64,000 nt of DNA from Lytechinus pictus (lineage: Eukaryota). Below are positions 1 to 13,961 of the stretch, piece after piece. The stretch covers positions 28,956,001 to 29,020,000 of the forward strand of contig NC_087245.1 in assembly GCF_037042905.1 (NCBI RefSeq), in the 5' to 3' direction. A program made the translations under genes and the position numbers. The notes under the pieces were generated by a model. The model did not search any database, was not told where the DNA came from, and saw only the letters and a program-made list of their open reading frames with translations. Position 1 is the first letter of the stretch; each line of letters opens with the position of its first letter.

Positions 1-1099
1 AGATGCAAGAATTTTCAGTAGCTTATAACATCAGTTTGTGAAAATTGCTGACAGAAATCTTCATGAAAGGCTCCGCAAGATGGATAGTACAAGGAGGGAT
101 GGAGCGAGACCACAATTAGTGGATTAACTGGTAAACCTGTAGAAAGAAGAGAGGGGGGGGTAAGAGGAGGAGGGATCATGGTAATGAGGGAGGGAGCAGA
201 TGAAAGGAAATTAGGTGGCTTTGTTCTAGGGTGAATAAAGAGACTACAAAGGAGATTTAACAGACTGATTCATATGTTAAACAAAGAGAAAAGGGGTGGG
301 GAGAAGGGGGAGGGGTTGGAAAATCAATGCATTGTCTCTCATACAGCTGGCTACATAAAACATCATTGAACTTGAAAATAAAGCACCTTGATGAGGTACA
401 TCATGCACGGCAGTGTCCAGTGCCCCACCCTGTACACTGAAAAATAGGTTGATTGGTAGTGATGTCATGTATTGTGTGATTTTGTCTGGGAGACCCCAGC
501 TCAGATCAGGCTGCTGGCCATTTTGTGGGGATTAGGGTTTGCTCCATTGTATCAAGAGGTCATTTGCTTTGGCAACCTCTGCACTTGAATGAATCTTCTT
601 GGCTGTCGGTCATTTTTTTTTGCAAAATAAATTTATTAGAAAATGAACATTTCTCTTGTCAGTAATACTTTATTTGTATACCTGTATCTTGTGTCTTGCC
701 CCGCCCTTTTTTTTATCCATCGTGATCCTCCTTTTTTTATCTGTTATGATCTCCCCTACTCCTTTTTTTACGGTAAGGTGACCTTTGCTCCTGCGTCAAT
801 TGCTCCTCCACCAATTTCTCTGAACTTTTATGGTTAGGGTTGTGATAGGATATTATTTAGAGGGGTTAGGATTACAATTAGGGTTTATGGTGGTATTAAT
901 TTGCTTGTTTTGGGTAGGAGCAATTGTCGCAGGAGCAATTCTGCCGTCCAATGACAAAAGGAAGCAACCAAGTTTTTATATTTGAGATATTTTATATTGC
1001 TCTACATGATACAAAATGGATTTGAGTCACATAACCCCCCCCCCCCTCCTTTCTGGAACATAGGCTTTTCAAAAGCAATGAACCATTTCCACATAAATC

Positions 1100-1730
1100 A
1101 ATTCTCATTTTATTCTCTAGAGGTGCTTCCTTTTGTCATGGGATGGCAGAAAGGTCACAAAACCTTTTTTTGCAAGCCAAAAGTGACATTGTTCCAGAAA
1201 TCTCCAGGTTTAATGGTTTCTCATGGGCACTGTACAATGTGTAGAAGCTAACCCAAATTTGAACGGCCAATGTTTATCATACATTTTTCATTTAAAAAAA
1301 AATTATATTTTTAAGTTTGAGAAGCAAGGCCAATATAAAAATTTTATTTTGTTTTTCATTTTTTTTGTGGCAATTTTGTGGATGATTCGACTTGCAAAAA
1401 GTTGGTGAAATGCAAAACCAAGATATTTTCAGCTTGTTAATGTTATAGAGTACTTTCAAGAACAATGTCAAATTTTGGCTTGCAGCAGGTCAAGTTTATT
1501 AATGCCCTTTGAGGTTTGCACATTATCCACAAAAATCACATATAAATTTTCAGAGTTGATGAGATTTATTGCAGCCTTTGCAGACAATGTGCAACCCTCA
1601 ATTTTCCATCCATCCCCCTCCCCTCCAATTTTTTTTTGGGTGAAATGTTGCAAAACGGATTGATATCGATGGTAAAATTGTCCTTTCTGGAGAATTTTTT
1701 TTTTATGATCAAGCATCCACCACTGCATAA
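1100..1730 (-). pseudogene. Highly decayed DNA-transposase remnant, possibly Sola2-like
   Basis: Frame-broken pieces SGGC..DNFTIDIN..FATFHPKKIGGEGDG..LYVIFVD and IKPGDF..FCHP loosely resemble the SDGC/FATSHGKG.DG region; a similar piece (QFHAF..YKWWVG) lies at 3435-3824. Confidence 0.25.
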
Positions 1731-2230
1731 TTTTTTTTTTTAGATGAGCTTATTCAATATCCAGCCAAATGAAAGTAAGCACTGCCAAGTTTTTCATAAT
1801 CAAATTAAAAAAATCATCAATACTGTTTTTTTTTTTAAATAAATCATTAACAATCCATTTTGCAACATAATATGTATAATTTCATCTTGTTTTATATTGT
1901 AAAGAGTGAACTTCATAAAACGAACATAATTTTGTTGAACAGATTTTGATTATAGATTTGTTTGAATACTATTTTCAAACAATGTGTGGTATGTATTGTC
2001 ACACATGCGATTTGCATTGTGGCATTTACAAAGCAATAATAAATATTTACTTCAATTTGAACACTAAAGGTTAATCATATATGTTGGATATATTTCAATT
2101 TTCAAATTTTTCATACATCTATCATAAGGGGTATCGGAATTGAGAATAATTGGTAGTTCTAATCTTTTTGCTGAAGTGATGTTTGATATACATTTGATGA
2201 AGTTCGCTCTATATCCAAGGGTTGTGCGTA

Positions 2231-2664
2231 CAGAGTGTCACACAAAAAAAAAACTAGTTTTAGTCATAGATATCACAATCAGTAAATATGTTTTGACCAT
2301 AAATTTACACTTTGTTACATCTATGTGTAATCTTTCAGAGCTCATTAAGTAGTAGGATTTTTAAGAGTATATTGAAATCCCTTTGAAATTGGATTTTTCA
2401 AACTTGTAAGAATTGTATTTTTTTGGTATGTTTTTTTCAAAATTTGAAAAAAATATAAGATTTTAGGGTTGAAAATAGGGTAAAAAAGAAGATTTTTTTT
2501 TTCCAATTGGGATTATCAGCTCTGGACCCAATAACATAAGATGATAAAAAAAATCCCAACAAATTGATTCCATGATATCAATGAAAGATAATTATTTGCC
2601 AGTGTTGAAAAAATTACTCCCAATATACTGAGAATCCCGGTTTCCCCTTTTGTGGGACACTCTG
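2231..2664. mobile_element. Tc1/mariner-type MITE
   Basis: TIR CAGAGTGTC(A/C)CACAAAA at both ends, flanked by TA on each side. Confidence 0.75.
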
Positions 2665-5499
2665 TACACATGTATAATAAAGGGGCTTTCAAAATTGGTT
2701 GTGCAACTGTTGCGAGCATTGCTATTTCATGTAAAATATAATGTAACAAAATGTGATCGCACAACCAAATGTGAAAGTACCTTCAGAAGAGAGGAAAGAG
2801 AAAGAAAGAGTAGGGAAAAGAAAGGGGAGAGAAGAGGGATAAGAGAGAGAAAAAAAGAAAGAGAGAGAGATGGGGGGGGGGATAAGCCAGGTACAAGAAT
2901 AAATACAAGTAGCCAAAGGAGGTGTAACACAATCATTTACTGTCCAGGCTCCCATCTTACAAAGATATATTATTGATCCGATCAACTTCAACTGTATTGG
3001 AAATCCATCAATATCATGATATTTTTCCTATATCAAATTTGCATAATGTCCTTTTGCAAACAAAGAGGAGCATACCAAATTGTCAAGAAAACAATAAATG
3101 TATGAATGTATAACATATGTACAAAACAATATTGAACAAACATGCATTTCCATAGTTGTGGTTGATCAAATAAATCGCAACTCCTTGTTGACGGGGCCCA
3201 GGTAAGGCCAGGTTGGTATTTCATAAAGCTCTGTAAAATTACCCATGACTTTATGCATAGCTAGAGCAAGTTCTTAGGTGCTACACAGGATATATCAAGG
3301 ATATATCATAAGGTTTACCAGTTTGGTGTAAGGTCAGTCGTAACTTGTGAAAGGCTTTATGGAACACCCACCCGGCAAAATAACATTCTAAAACTTAGCC
3401 CAAATGTCATTCGCAGATGTCTATATATTTCGGGCTAAGGAATAGGCCTACCACATTTCATTCTCAACCAAGGTGAAAATTTCATCATAATGTCATGTAA
3501 AATAAGAAACTGATGGCATTTCATAAAGTAGTTTCGCTTAATTCTGGTCAATATGCAAGTGAGGGGACTGATGATGCCACCAACCCACCATTTATATTGT
3601 ATTTTATTATCTTGTGAATTCTGAAATGGCTTTATATTATCCTCATTATGATGTGGAACAAGTTTCGGTTCTTCCTTGAATGCATGGAATTGTCCTTGAT
3701 GCAATATAACCATTGTTATTCCATGAAGATGCTTTTTAACTGCCAAATCTGCAAAAATTGAAATGTCTGTTTTATCTAGTAAAACACAAAGAAATAGTGA
3801 GTGTGACATCATCGACTCTCTCATTTACATATGACCCCCCCCCCCTTGTCTCTCTCAAACTGATAATTTTCTGACTTTCTTATTTTACATCTGATTGATA
3901 TCTTGATTTTTATTTTTATTGTTTGATTATTCAAAACCACCTCTTGTTGGGGGTAAACTTGCACTTAAAAGCATATCAGATGAAGCAAATTCATAATAGT
4001 CAAACAGGGAATTAGGGAAACTGGACTTCCAGCATTGTTATTATTCTCCATTGATTAATTAAAGGTTCAGTAGTACAATACATTGTTCCTTACTTTCCAG
4101 AAATGAATGTCCAAAATGTAACCCATTTAATAAAAGGGCATGTTGAATTGTTTGCCTTATTTTATTATAGAGTTTTCTTTTTATTGTATGAACTTACATC
4201 CGAGAGGGGGTAAGTGTATGGGCCATAAATATGTTAAATGTAATATAGGCTACTTCTGCACTTAATTTGTGGACCACCAATGACAAAATGCATGATAAAT
4301 GAAAACCGTAACACCCCCCTCCCCCCCCCCCAAAAAAAAAAAAAAAAAAACAGCACAACACTATAAGGAATTGACATTACTGGTCCAAAACTGAAAAATC
4401 AATCAGTCTTAGCTTGAAACCTATCACAAAAAATATAAATCAATAATTATGCCAAATCTATATAGCGCTTGTTTCTAAGCGCTGCATACTGTACCCATTT
4501 ACTACACCTGGGTGGAGAGGGCCAAATTTAGAATGTAAAGTTTGGTTGTCATCCCCATCTAAGATGGAAAAAATGTGGGAGCTTACACCTTTTTTCAGAA
4601 AATGTTATTCAAATTGACCAAACGTGTCATAATCTTGGTTGCTTTGCTCCCTAGCTTCGAATTGTTTTTTTTTAATTGTCAGGCTTTAAAGCCTATAAAA
4701 ACTTAACCATGGGTTACAAGTGATATTTCTATTAAAATCCAAAATGAAGCCTTACATAAATTATGACATAGAAGAACAAAATAACCGAACATCATCTTCT
4801 CCTTTAACCTATCAGAGATTTTACTTTATACGGCATGGGAATGTCCCAAAGAAGTTCAACAGGCCTACTAAAGCAACACTCAGTCAGCATCGACATACAG
4901 GGAATGTATAAAATGCGATTTTTCCCGCGGCCAAGAAAGACAATTAAAGGTTTTGCAATATCATTTTTCTAACGTTTTTTTTTTTCTGAATAACGCCATC
5001 AAATTTTTTTTTCAAAATAAGAAGAGTATAAATAAAGTTGCTGCATTCATCATTTTAATGGAAGGAAGGTGAACTGATTTGGTTGATCAGTTTTTACTCC
5101 ATTGAATCCTACTTTAAGGGTTGTTTTACAATCAGAGTATACTGTGCGTCTCATTTCATTACCAAATATGGAGAGGAAGTTTTGGACAGAATACCCTAGT
5201 CACACAAATAAGTTATCTGTAGCTTCTGAATGGGCTTTCATTTTTTTAACAATCGATTCTGATTGGTAAAACAATGTCTTATCATAGCTAAGAACAAATA
5301 TGCGATATGCGATATGCGCGGTCTTGATATCAGAGAGAAAAAAAACGAGACCGTAAATTTGGCCCTAAAATGCCAGATATGGTCGTATGAGAAGTAAACG
5401 TATATTTCAGTATTTTCTTGCAGCTTAGTGCCTAGCAACTAACACATAATTGTTTTTTAATGGTGCATAGAACGCCTTTAAAACACACTCTGGTGGTAA

Positions 5500-5996
5500 A
5501 ACAACCCTTAGCATCCTCTGGAACATTTCCGCCTTGTAACATTAAGTTCCTTGAACTCCGGCTCGGACTCGCGGAGCGGCATCAACTGGATCCTTGACCA
5601 CCCCTCACCATGATGAGACTTGCATCGGGTGAGGTTTCCAATCATGGTATCGGCATTGACTTATCGCAGGATGAAATACACCGTCTATATCCTATTCCTT
5701 TTCATGGCCTGCGGGTACCCGAAGACGTAAGACCTCTTCTCACCACAAGAAAACTGCACTGGATGCCTTCCAAGCAACATCTATCTGACCCGCCGCCATC
5801 ATCTCCTGATGAAAAAACCCAATCCTCCTCCATTCCTCGTTGACCAGGCCGCTTGCATGGATGGTGATGTGTACTTGAGTCTGGTATAGACCTACGATCC
5901 TCTTCCAATTGTGGCTCAGGGTGTACATACAATTGGTGGTAATCCATCATATTCCATCGGGTAGAAATCTTGGTCGACAGCAGGCTCATTCTTACG
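5500..5996 (-). other. GC-richer exon-like block with a strong minus-strand acceptor; no recognisable protein
   Basis: Polypyrimidine tract plus ccaacAG ending at 5997; composition differs from the flanks; all frames contain stops. Confidence 0.3.
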
Positions 5997-6259
5997 CTGT
6001 TGGGAAAACAACAGAAAAGAGAATGAATATAACAGTTATATACATATTCAGTTTCTTCTCTTATGACATCCAATGAAATAGCATCCCTAAACCCCGTTCG
6101 TAAGGTGTTTCCACTACTATATGGTAACTGATTTTTTTTCATGATCGCATCCATGGTAAGAGCTAATTACGGTATAGGGACAGCTTTACCATGGTTTAGG
6201 AGTTATTATATCTTACTGATAGAATTCAGTTTGTTACCGTTAATGAATCAGAATCTCCA

Positions 6260-7090
6260 ACAAGGCGAATTGCCTGTGGAATTTCACAAGATATTCTTGG
6301 CCCTCTGCTATTTGTTGTTTATTTATTATTTATTTATTTCAAATCTTTATCCAGAGTAGCCTGTTCAGCTTTATACAAACAAATATGTAAAATTACACAA
6401 TATGTACAATTAAAACGTTCATTAAAAAATCGCTGGTCTTCCACAGCGTTTATGTTAATGATATGAAAAATTCATCCTATGTTCTCTCATTTATTCTCTT
6501 TGCTGATGATTCCAATATTTTCTACACTCATCATGATCCACATTCACTTGTGAGCACTATGAATGCAGAATCTGCCAAAAAACATGCTTTTTAGCCATTC
6601 AAATACTTTTAGATAATATTGATTAATATTTAGATTAAACCAAACAAAAAATCATAGGTCTTACTATTGATAACAAACTTACGTGGAACATTCATATCAA
6701 CAATATTTGCAAAACTATGGCAAGAAAATATTGGAGTCATCAACAAGCATAAAAACTTTCTACCAGCTAGCACAGGCACTATCCATGTTGTATTGTGCAA
6801 TAATAACATTAATAAGTAAAATAACAGTAATAAGTAAAATTAGTAATGAATTTGATGTACAATATTGAGATTTAGTTAAAATTATTGTTTAAACTATGAT
6901 AATGACACTGGGGCTATAACCTCGATTAGCATCTTACCATTATGTTAGCTCCAATTACCAAATGATTTGTTTATATGTGATGTACTATTCCATGTAATTG
7001 TACCTGACAGTGATATTTGGTAACACATTCAATTCAATTCAATAATTCTACCAAAGCTCAATTATGGGATTCTGGCATGGGGAAGCGAGA
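6260..7090 (+). mobile_element. CR1/L2-clade LINE reverse transcriptase fragment, decayed and interrupted
   Basis: Translates to RIACGISQ..ILGPLLF, YVNDMKNSSYVLSFILFADDSNIF, GLTIDNKLTWNIHINNICK, ILPKLNYGILAWGS. Confidence 0.8.
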
Positions 7091-7234
7091 CAAAGTACTG
7101 AGAATAATATCGCTTACAAATATTCCACTTCGTGTATCAGCTAGATAGAAATAGCATACCTAATCCTATATATTTTACGTAAAAGCAGAACAGTATTTTC
7201 TAGCAAAACTAAACGATTTAAATTATAACCCTAT

Positions 7235-7512
7235 GGCCCGTATTCTGAAGTCAGGTTTAACTTAGACTCAGGTTCAAAGTTGTGGTTTAAGTATGGGAAG
7301 CCAAAAGTATCAATTTTTTTTATTAAGTTGTACGTTTCTTATACTGTGCTCTTTCCTGATTCATCGATGGTGAAGACAATAATCTATATATACTTCCTTG
7401 ACAATTATGAATGATTTGAGAGCCAAATGAGCTGAAATATGATATCTCTACCGTTAGTGATTTATGTAACAATTGGCTGTTCATACTTAAACCAGACTTC
7501 AGAATACGGGCC
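7235..7512. mobile_element. PIF/Harbinger-type MITE
   Basis: TIR GGCCCGTATTCTGAAGTC(A/T)GGTTTAA; 3-bp TAT on both flanks. Confidence 0.75.
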
Positions 7513-7788
7513 TATAAGTCTAAACTAGAATTTTAAGCCACACTTATAGAGAATGCTGGCTTTCATTATTATGTAGGCCTACCAATTAATTCATTAAAAT
7601 TCATTTCACGAACCTTTTGCAGCAGGATAAGTATCATTTTTAATTAGTGAATAAGTTGACTACTGGTTTAAGTTAACTCAGGTTTAAGTAAATCATGGTT
7701 ACCAGAATATCACCAATAATGTTTACATATACAGGTACATATCACATTTTTGTTTGCTAATTCATAAACAAGTGGAACGCCTCTGGCT

Positions 7789-8347
7789 CCCGGGGGGGGG
7801 GGGCACTTCCATTGACGAGTGGATACCATGCGCGACCATGGGGTCTCGAAAAGCACCCTAAACACGTATTTTCCATATTCTGAAAATGCACCCCTTAACA
7901 AGTATTGGCGTCTGAAACCCTACCCTTAACAAGTATTGGAAACAAAACGATACTCTTGGCAAGTATTCTCTGAAATGAACCCCTAAACAAGTACAGCGAT
8001 ATTTTATTGTTATGTCACGGGTCCGTTGGTCGTCGGTTTTACCTTTACACAGTACGGCCCCACCTTCCACATCTCGCACAAATCGGACTCTAAACACGTA
8101 GTGTTGGGGCAAAAAGGACATCCTTTATAAAACATTTTAATTTTGTTTTATCATCCCCGCAAATTCGACCCTAAACACGTAGCTTTCCTAGCGAATTAGA
8201 TACCCTTTTTTCATTATTTTTGTGTTTTTGACACCCTTATCACGTTACGTACGTAACGTGCCCTATCTTGAAAAAGACATCCTTTTTACGTGTTTTTTTG
8301 GTCGCGCATGGTATCCACTCGTCAATGTAAGTGCCCCCCCCCCCGGG
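7789..8347. mobile_element. MITE with CCCGGG-polyG termini and 8-bp TSD
   Basis: About 50-bp TIR CCCG(G)nCACTT.CATTGACGAGTGGATACCATGCGCGACCA; TSD CTCTGGCT at 7781-7788 and 8348-8355. Confidence 0.85.
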
Positions 8348-8439
8348 CTCTGGCTGTCTCGCCTGCATTACGCGATTCAATATAGCAGCAGTGCTGACTT
8401 TGAAAACAGCTATTGAATAATTATTCACAAAAGAAAACA

Positions 8440-10285
8440 CTCATATGATACTGCCCAACATGGCCTTTGACTATGATCATGTGACCTAAGACGTGTGTAA
8501 AAACAATCATTCATTCTTGATTATCATTATATCGATATGTTTAATGAACTACATGTGTAGATCCATAAACTTTCTAAGTTCTGGTGTCAATTCAACAAAT
8601 ACCCCCAGCACGGCCAAAGTTCATTGACCTTAAATGACCTTAGATCTTGGTCATGTGACCTGAAACACGCACAGGATATTCAGGGATACATGGTTACTCT
8701 TATGTCCAAGTCTCATGAACTAGATCTATAAACTTTTAAAGTTATGATGACAATTCTACGAATACCCCCAACATTATCAAAGTTCGTTGACCCTAAATGA
8801 CCTTTTACCTAGGTCATGTGACCTATAACTACGGCAGGATCTTTAGTGATACACTATCACCCTTATGTCAGTCCGCAAGCCCCTGTGTTAATGAGCAAAT
8901 GAGCAAGATTTATCCAAGTCCTCTCGTGGCTGAATTCATGTCCCTGCAATATCTCGTGAATTGTGAGACTTTCTTTCTCAAAGAATTTAACCACTTTCTC
9001 CTTGAGTAATATTGATTATTTTTGTACCATGGGCAAGAGTAAATGTTACCCTTTTATATTGGTAATTTCTTTTGAATGAAATATTTTGATAAATAAGTGA
9101 ATTTTTTACCTGAAAAGATGCATCAAACAGAATTTTCTTCCTCTGTTTTCACTTGCAAATTGTGCAACATTTTGTGTTTTAGGCACCAACATTATTTATA
9201 TCATCAGAAAGCTCAAACTCTATACTTTCTTACAATGTCACTCTTGATATGTGGCATCTTTTAGATGGGTCAGCAGCCAGTTATTTCCATCAAGATGCAA
9301 GACGAGATTTCTGAAATTTCTAAGTAACATAAAATCCAGAGTTCTGATTGGCTGAATACTGTTTTCAAAACAAACAGGCGCGGGTAATTTGAAGAGATTA
9401 CCACATGGTGAGTGTGACCTTGCAGAGGCCCAGTGTGGGGAACATTGGAATTTGCATGGGTGTGTGGTCTGTATGACCAATCAGAGCGCAGTATTCTTGT
9501 TTTTGAGCTGCAAAATGTACTTGGCCTATGAAAAGCTGGCTGCTGACCCATCTAAAATACATCTTCTTATAAAAATTATATCATATTAAAGCTTAGATCT
9601 TCAGCTTTATCATGACTTAAAAATCATTTGTGCCCAAACAGAAATTAAGTGTGAAAACAACAACTTTTGTTGCATGAAAAAAAATATTTTGTTTCATGTT
9701 ATAGATCAAAAGTTTTCCTATATTACAACATTCTTTTAAAAATCCAAACACATGACCTAAAAGAATGATTCTTTTCTTTACAAAGATACCAAAAACATGA
9801 AATTTGGTCCATATTTAGAGCAGCAATGGCCGAATAAAAAGAGGTGTTTTGGTTCGCACCAAGCTCATTAACTATGCAAAAACCCTCTTGTCATGAATAT
9901 CACTTGGATAAAATAAGCTACTTTTTCAGGGCTTGCGGACTGACTGCCAAGTTTCATGAACTAGGTCAAAATACTTTCTAAGTTATGACGACATTTCAAA
10001 AACTTAACCTTGGTTAAGATTTCGATATTGATTCCCCCAACATGGTCTAAGTTCATTGACCCTAAATGACCTTTGACCTTCGCCATGTGGCCTGAAACTC
10101 GGGCAGGATGTTCAGTAATACTTTATTACCCCTATGTCAAAGTTTCATGAACTAGGTCCATATACTTTATAAGTTCTGAGGACATATCAAAAACTTAACC
10201 TTGGTTAATATATTGATGTTGACGACGCCGCCGCCGTCGGAAAGGCGGCGCCTTTAGTCTCGCTCTGCTATGCATGCGAGACAAA
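8440..10285. repeat. Dispersed repeat of tandem TGACCTTTGACC/AAGTTTCATGAACTAG modules, split by a nested TIR element
   Basis: The same modules occur at 8450-8868 and resume at 9947-10285. Confidence 0.6.
8869..9942. mobile_element. Non-autonomous TIR element, about 1.07 kb
   Basis: CAGTCCGCAAGCCC(C)TG at the left end and its inverse at the right end; no clean TSD seen. Confidence 0.65.
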
Positions 10286-10452
10286 AATCAATTTTTCAAC
10301 TGGCTAAACTTCATATCCCTTAATGAAATATTCAAATCTCATTCCTGCAGTGGCATCAGTTATGATTTCACATAATATCTTTACACATCCTGTTCTTCTG
10401 CTCATAATGTTTCAGCATGTTTGCCATTGCAATTATGATCAAACATGGTCCA

Positions 10453-12530
10453 CATAGGCGGATCGAGGGGCCCCGAGGAGCCTGCCCCCCCCCCCCCATT
10501 GGCGGAGCAAAAAAAAAGAGGAAAAGAAAGGTAAAAAAGACAAAGGGAAAAGATAGGATAAAAAAGAAGGGGAAACATAAGAGGAGGAAGACGAGTGAAT
10601 AAGATAAGATGAGAGGAGGACTTGGAAAATAATTTTTAACAAATCCGTATACGTCACTATATGAAATTTTCGCTCGCGCTTCGCGCTCGCCTTTTACTTA
10701 GGTGATTTACATATCTTGCTCAACTACCTTAAAATATCAAATTTTGAAGTCAATTTACAAAATACATTTCAGCACGGAAATCGAACTTTCATTGTTTCGT
10801 TTGATTTACAAATTGATTTTTTTTAATGTCAGTTTTATGGTCTGAATATTAACATTTTCTGCTCGCGCTGCGCGCTCGCAAAATTTGATTTGTTAGGCAC
10901 CTATTATTTTCCTGTTTTCAGGCCATAATATTAACAGATTTCGCACTCTCATTAGGCTTATTAGATTAATAAATTAATTTAATAATTGTCCCTTTTTCAC
11001 AATGGAATATCGATAAGTTTCATCTTGCGCTTAGGAAGATAAATAAGATAGTCATCGTTTTTCATATGATGACATAATTTAAAGTAAAATGAAACATATC
11101 AGCTCTTTTTTTACTGTGATCCATACCCACCTCACAATTTTCCTACGAAGTGCGTGAAATACAGAGCTTAAATTGACCCCGATCGGAATATCAAATATTT
11201 CAAGCTCGCGCTTCGCGCTCGCTTTATTGATTTGCATGATAAATTCCAGTTAAGTTTCACTCAAATTGCGGTACGACTTTTCCGTGTGAAAGGTAAGATG
11301 ATTCTAAAGACGAATTGCAATCATAATTACAACGATGATTCAAGATTCAAGTGTGAAAAGGCCCAAAGTTTGATTCCTTGACCTCTGAACACGGAAAATT
11401 TTCTTCATTTTAATTTATTGCGATTTGATTCAGAGTCTCGTTAATGTGAAATGTGCAAAAAAGTGAAATATTGTATAATTCAAACATTAAGATATAAAAA
11501 ACTTATAGTGACGTCATTGACTCCAATGGCGTATCAATGGGGTACGTACCCCGGGCGCCACTTTTAGGGGGCGCAAAAATGGGAATGGGGCGAAATAAAA
11601 AAGAAATGAAGAGAAAAGGCGAAGGAATAAAGGCGCAGAAAAGTGATACCACTGAAGGGTGATTAATACCTCCGTCCTATGATACATTTTCCAACACATT
11701 TAGAAAATGAATCTTGTATGTCTTTGTCCAGGATGAATATTCGCACTTATTATTGCTTTATGTAGTGACATATGCTTCTTTTTCGTGACTATAGGTCTAC
11801 TTAAAGTGACTTCCCCTTTTAAGGTCTGAATATAAAACATTTCCAGTCCGTGCTTACGTTCGCATTAGTGGATTGGTATAATAAGAAATGTCTGCTCTTC
11901 ATGATTAAAAAAAAAACAGTCAAACAGTCAGTGAGATGCATTTCCTTTTAATGGTACAGTCCTTAAAATGTCTCTATTAGGTCAGTATACCCGGCATTTA
12001 AGCGCGCCCTTTAAGTGATTCAAATTTTATGCTGATTCCCCCATGCCTCGACCCACGGTACGCCACTGATGCTCATCACTCACTATTTCGCGCTCATATA
12101 CTTTATTCTTTATAGAAAACGTGCATAAAATGTCCATATTTTTGGTCGAAATTAATATCCAAAATTTCAGTTCGCACTTTGCGCTCCTTCAATTATTTGA
12201 TACACATTCTATTCATGAAAAACAAGAAGTGATTGCCCCGTTTTAAGATCTAGAACTAAGAAAAACCCTCCGCTTTTTTTCAGGCCTAAAAACATGAAAC
12301 GTCCAAAAATTTGAGGTCGCGCTTCGCGCTCGCATTATTCATTTACATGTAGGCCTTATGAGATATATTATCATTTTTTTGTAAATATAAAGCTAAGATG
12401 TACTCAAAACGTCCGTCTTTATTTAGAAATACCCCCTAAAACAGCTTTTTAGCAGCAGATCGGACTTATGGACGAAAGCAGAACCCACGCCTGCGTTCCC
12501 CTTATTTTTTTCAATGCTTCCGCCGCCAAT
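10453..12530. repeat. Composite/nested non-autonomous elements with recurrent CTCGCGCTTCGCGCTCG motifs
   Basis: CATAGGCGGA..TCCGCCGCCAATG ends; motif at about 10673, 10862, 11205 and 12317; nested CAATGGCGTA..TACGCCACTG element at 11524-12068. Confidence 0.5.
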
Positions 12531-13627
12531 GGGCCCGTGCCCCATATATTCCACTGAAGTTTGTAATATGGCAATTCTGCATGTTCAGGGGGAATTAAAA
12601 TCTACTTAATTCTTAGGGGGAAATCTTTATTAGTATAACGAAAAATTACACAAGAAATCGTGAATGGGTCAGTGACACCATCGGTTCTCTCATTTGCATA
12701 TAACGCCAAGGATGTGCATAGATTGTACGTTTTTGTGAAATTAAGAGAAACTTGTAATAATTTACTTAATTTTCTTTTACAACTGATGGTGATGAAATTT
12801 TCATTTACTTTTCTGTCATTATATTTCTCTTTTTTTCAAATTCGACTCTATGTTATGTTGGGCTTGGCCTTAAGTAGCTACTATCCATATTTTTAAATCC
12901 CTACATTAAGACTTACAACACCCATGGTAGTATAGCGTAATAAGGCTAAAATTTTATGGGGGTCAGACTTGGCGTGGATGTAGGGGCAACATTTATGCAA
13001 GCGTTCGAAGTGATCGAGCGCGAAAAACTTAACCTTTTTTATACAAAATCTCATTTTGCGATTGAACTTTATAATTCAGAAAATATATTTCGCCCTTTTC
13101 CCTTTCCATTTTAGTTTTCTTTCCTCTTTTTTTCGCACTTGTGAAACTTGCCACTGGCGTCCAGAAGGGGCATTTGGCACATGGACCCCCCCAAAAAAAA
13201 CCATGTCCTCGAAGAAAAGGGAGGAAAAAAGAAAGGAAAATTCTATCACAAAATTAGATTTTGTATCAAAATGGTCAGCATGTTAGCTCGCTCTTAGCAT
13301 TTTAGAAATTTTGCCCCACATGCATGCCGCCATGCAATTTTTTTGGTTCGTTGGGCAGCTGCTCGAATCTCGCTTCACGAAAAAATCCTGATCTATACCA
13401 TTAATCATAATCTTCATTTTAAAATAAAAATCTTTTGACAGATAGGAGCCGTCCATTCCCTTTCTTTCTTGACATTGACAACGAGACTATTGCCGAGCCA
13501 GGCAGGGAGCTTTTTAAGCTTTGACATCATTCGTATAAAAGGCGTTGACAAACACGTATTTCTTTTAGCCACTTTTATAAAAGCTCCGTAACTTATAACA
13601 CTGTATTTGAATTTGTAATTCACTTAC

Positions 13628-13930
13628 CTGGTAATCTAAGCTAATGTTTGAGATCACTTCCAGAAGTTTCAACGATTTCATCTCATACCCATGCCGTAAT
13701 ATCAGGAAAAAAATATGTAGGATGGTTTTTATGAAAACACCTATCCATCGTTCAATTCTACAGTCATTGGACATCATTCCTTTAGAATTTACGCCGTTGT
13801 TGTTGTTAAATGTCATATTCCGTTCCTGTTGGTAAAATACATTCATTCAATCTCGTCTGTCTATTCAAACCTTCCCGCCATTGTGTGCCCGTTTTTTTTC
13901 TTCACCCCAGTGCATCACAATGGACCTACT
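13628..13930 (-). other. Putative first exon of a minus-strand transcript
   Basis: Consensus donor CAG|GTAAGT at 13628/13627, just downstream of an X-box; the 5' boundary is a guess. Confidence 0.35.
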
Positions 13931-13947
13931 TTGGATGGACATTCGCC

Positions 13948-13961
13948 GTTGTCATGGTAAC
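13948..13961. promoter_or_regulatory. RFX X-box
   Basis: GTTGTCATGGTAAC matches the palindromic X-box consensus GTTGCCATGGCAAC at 12 of 14 positions. Confidence 0.5.

Noticed and set aside
385..430. Possible 46-nt minus-strand micro-exon (GGALDTAVHDVPHQ)
   Set aside because: Acceptor is plausible but the donor is weak, and there is no homology or neighbouring exon to support it
2650..2991. Overlapping ORFs on both strands
   Set aside because: Caused by a purine-rich (GA)n low-complexity tract
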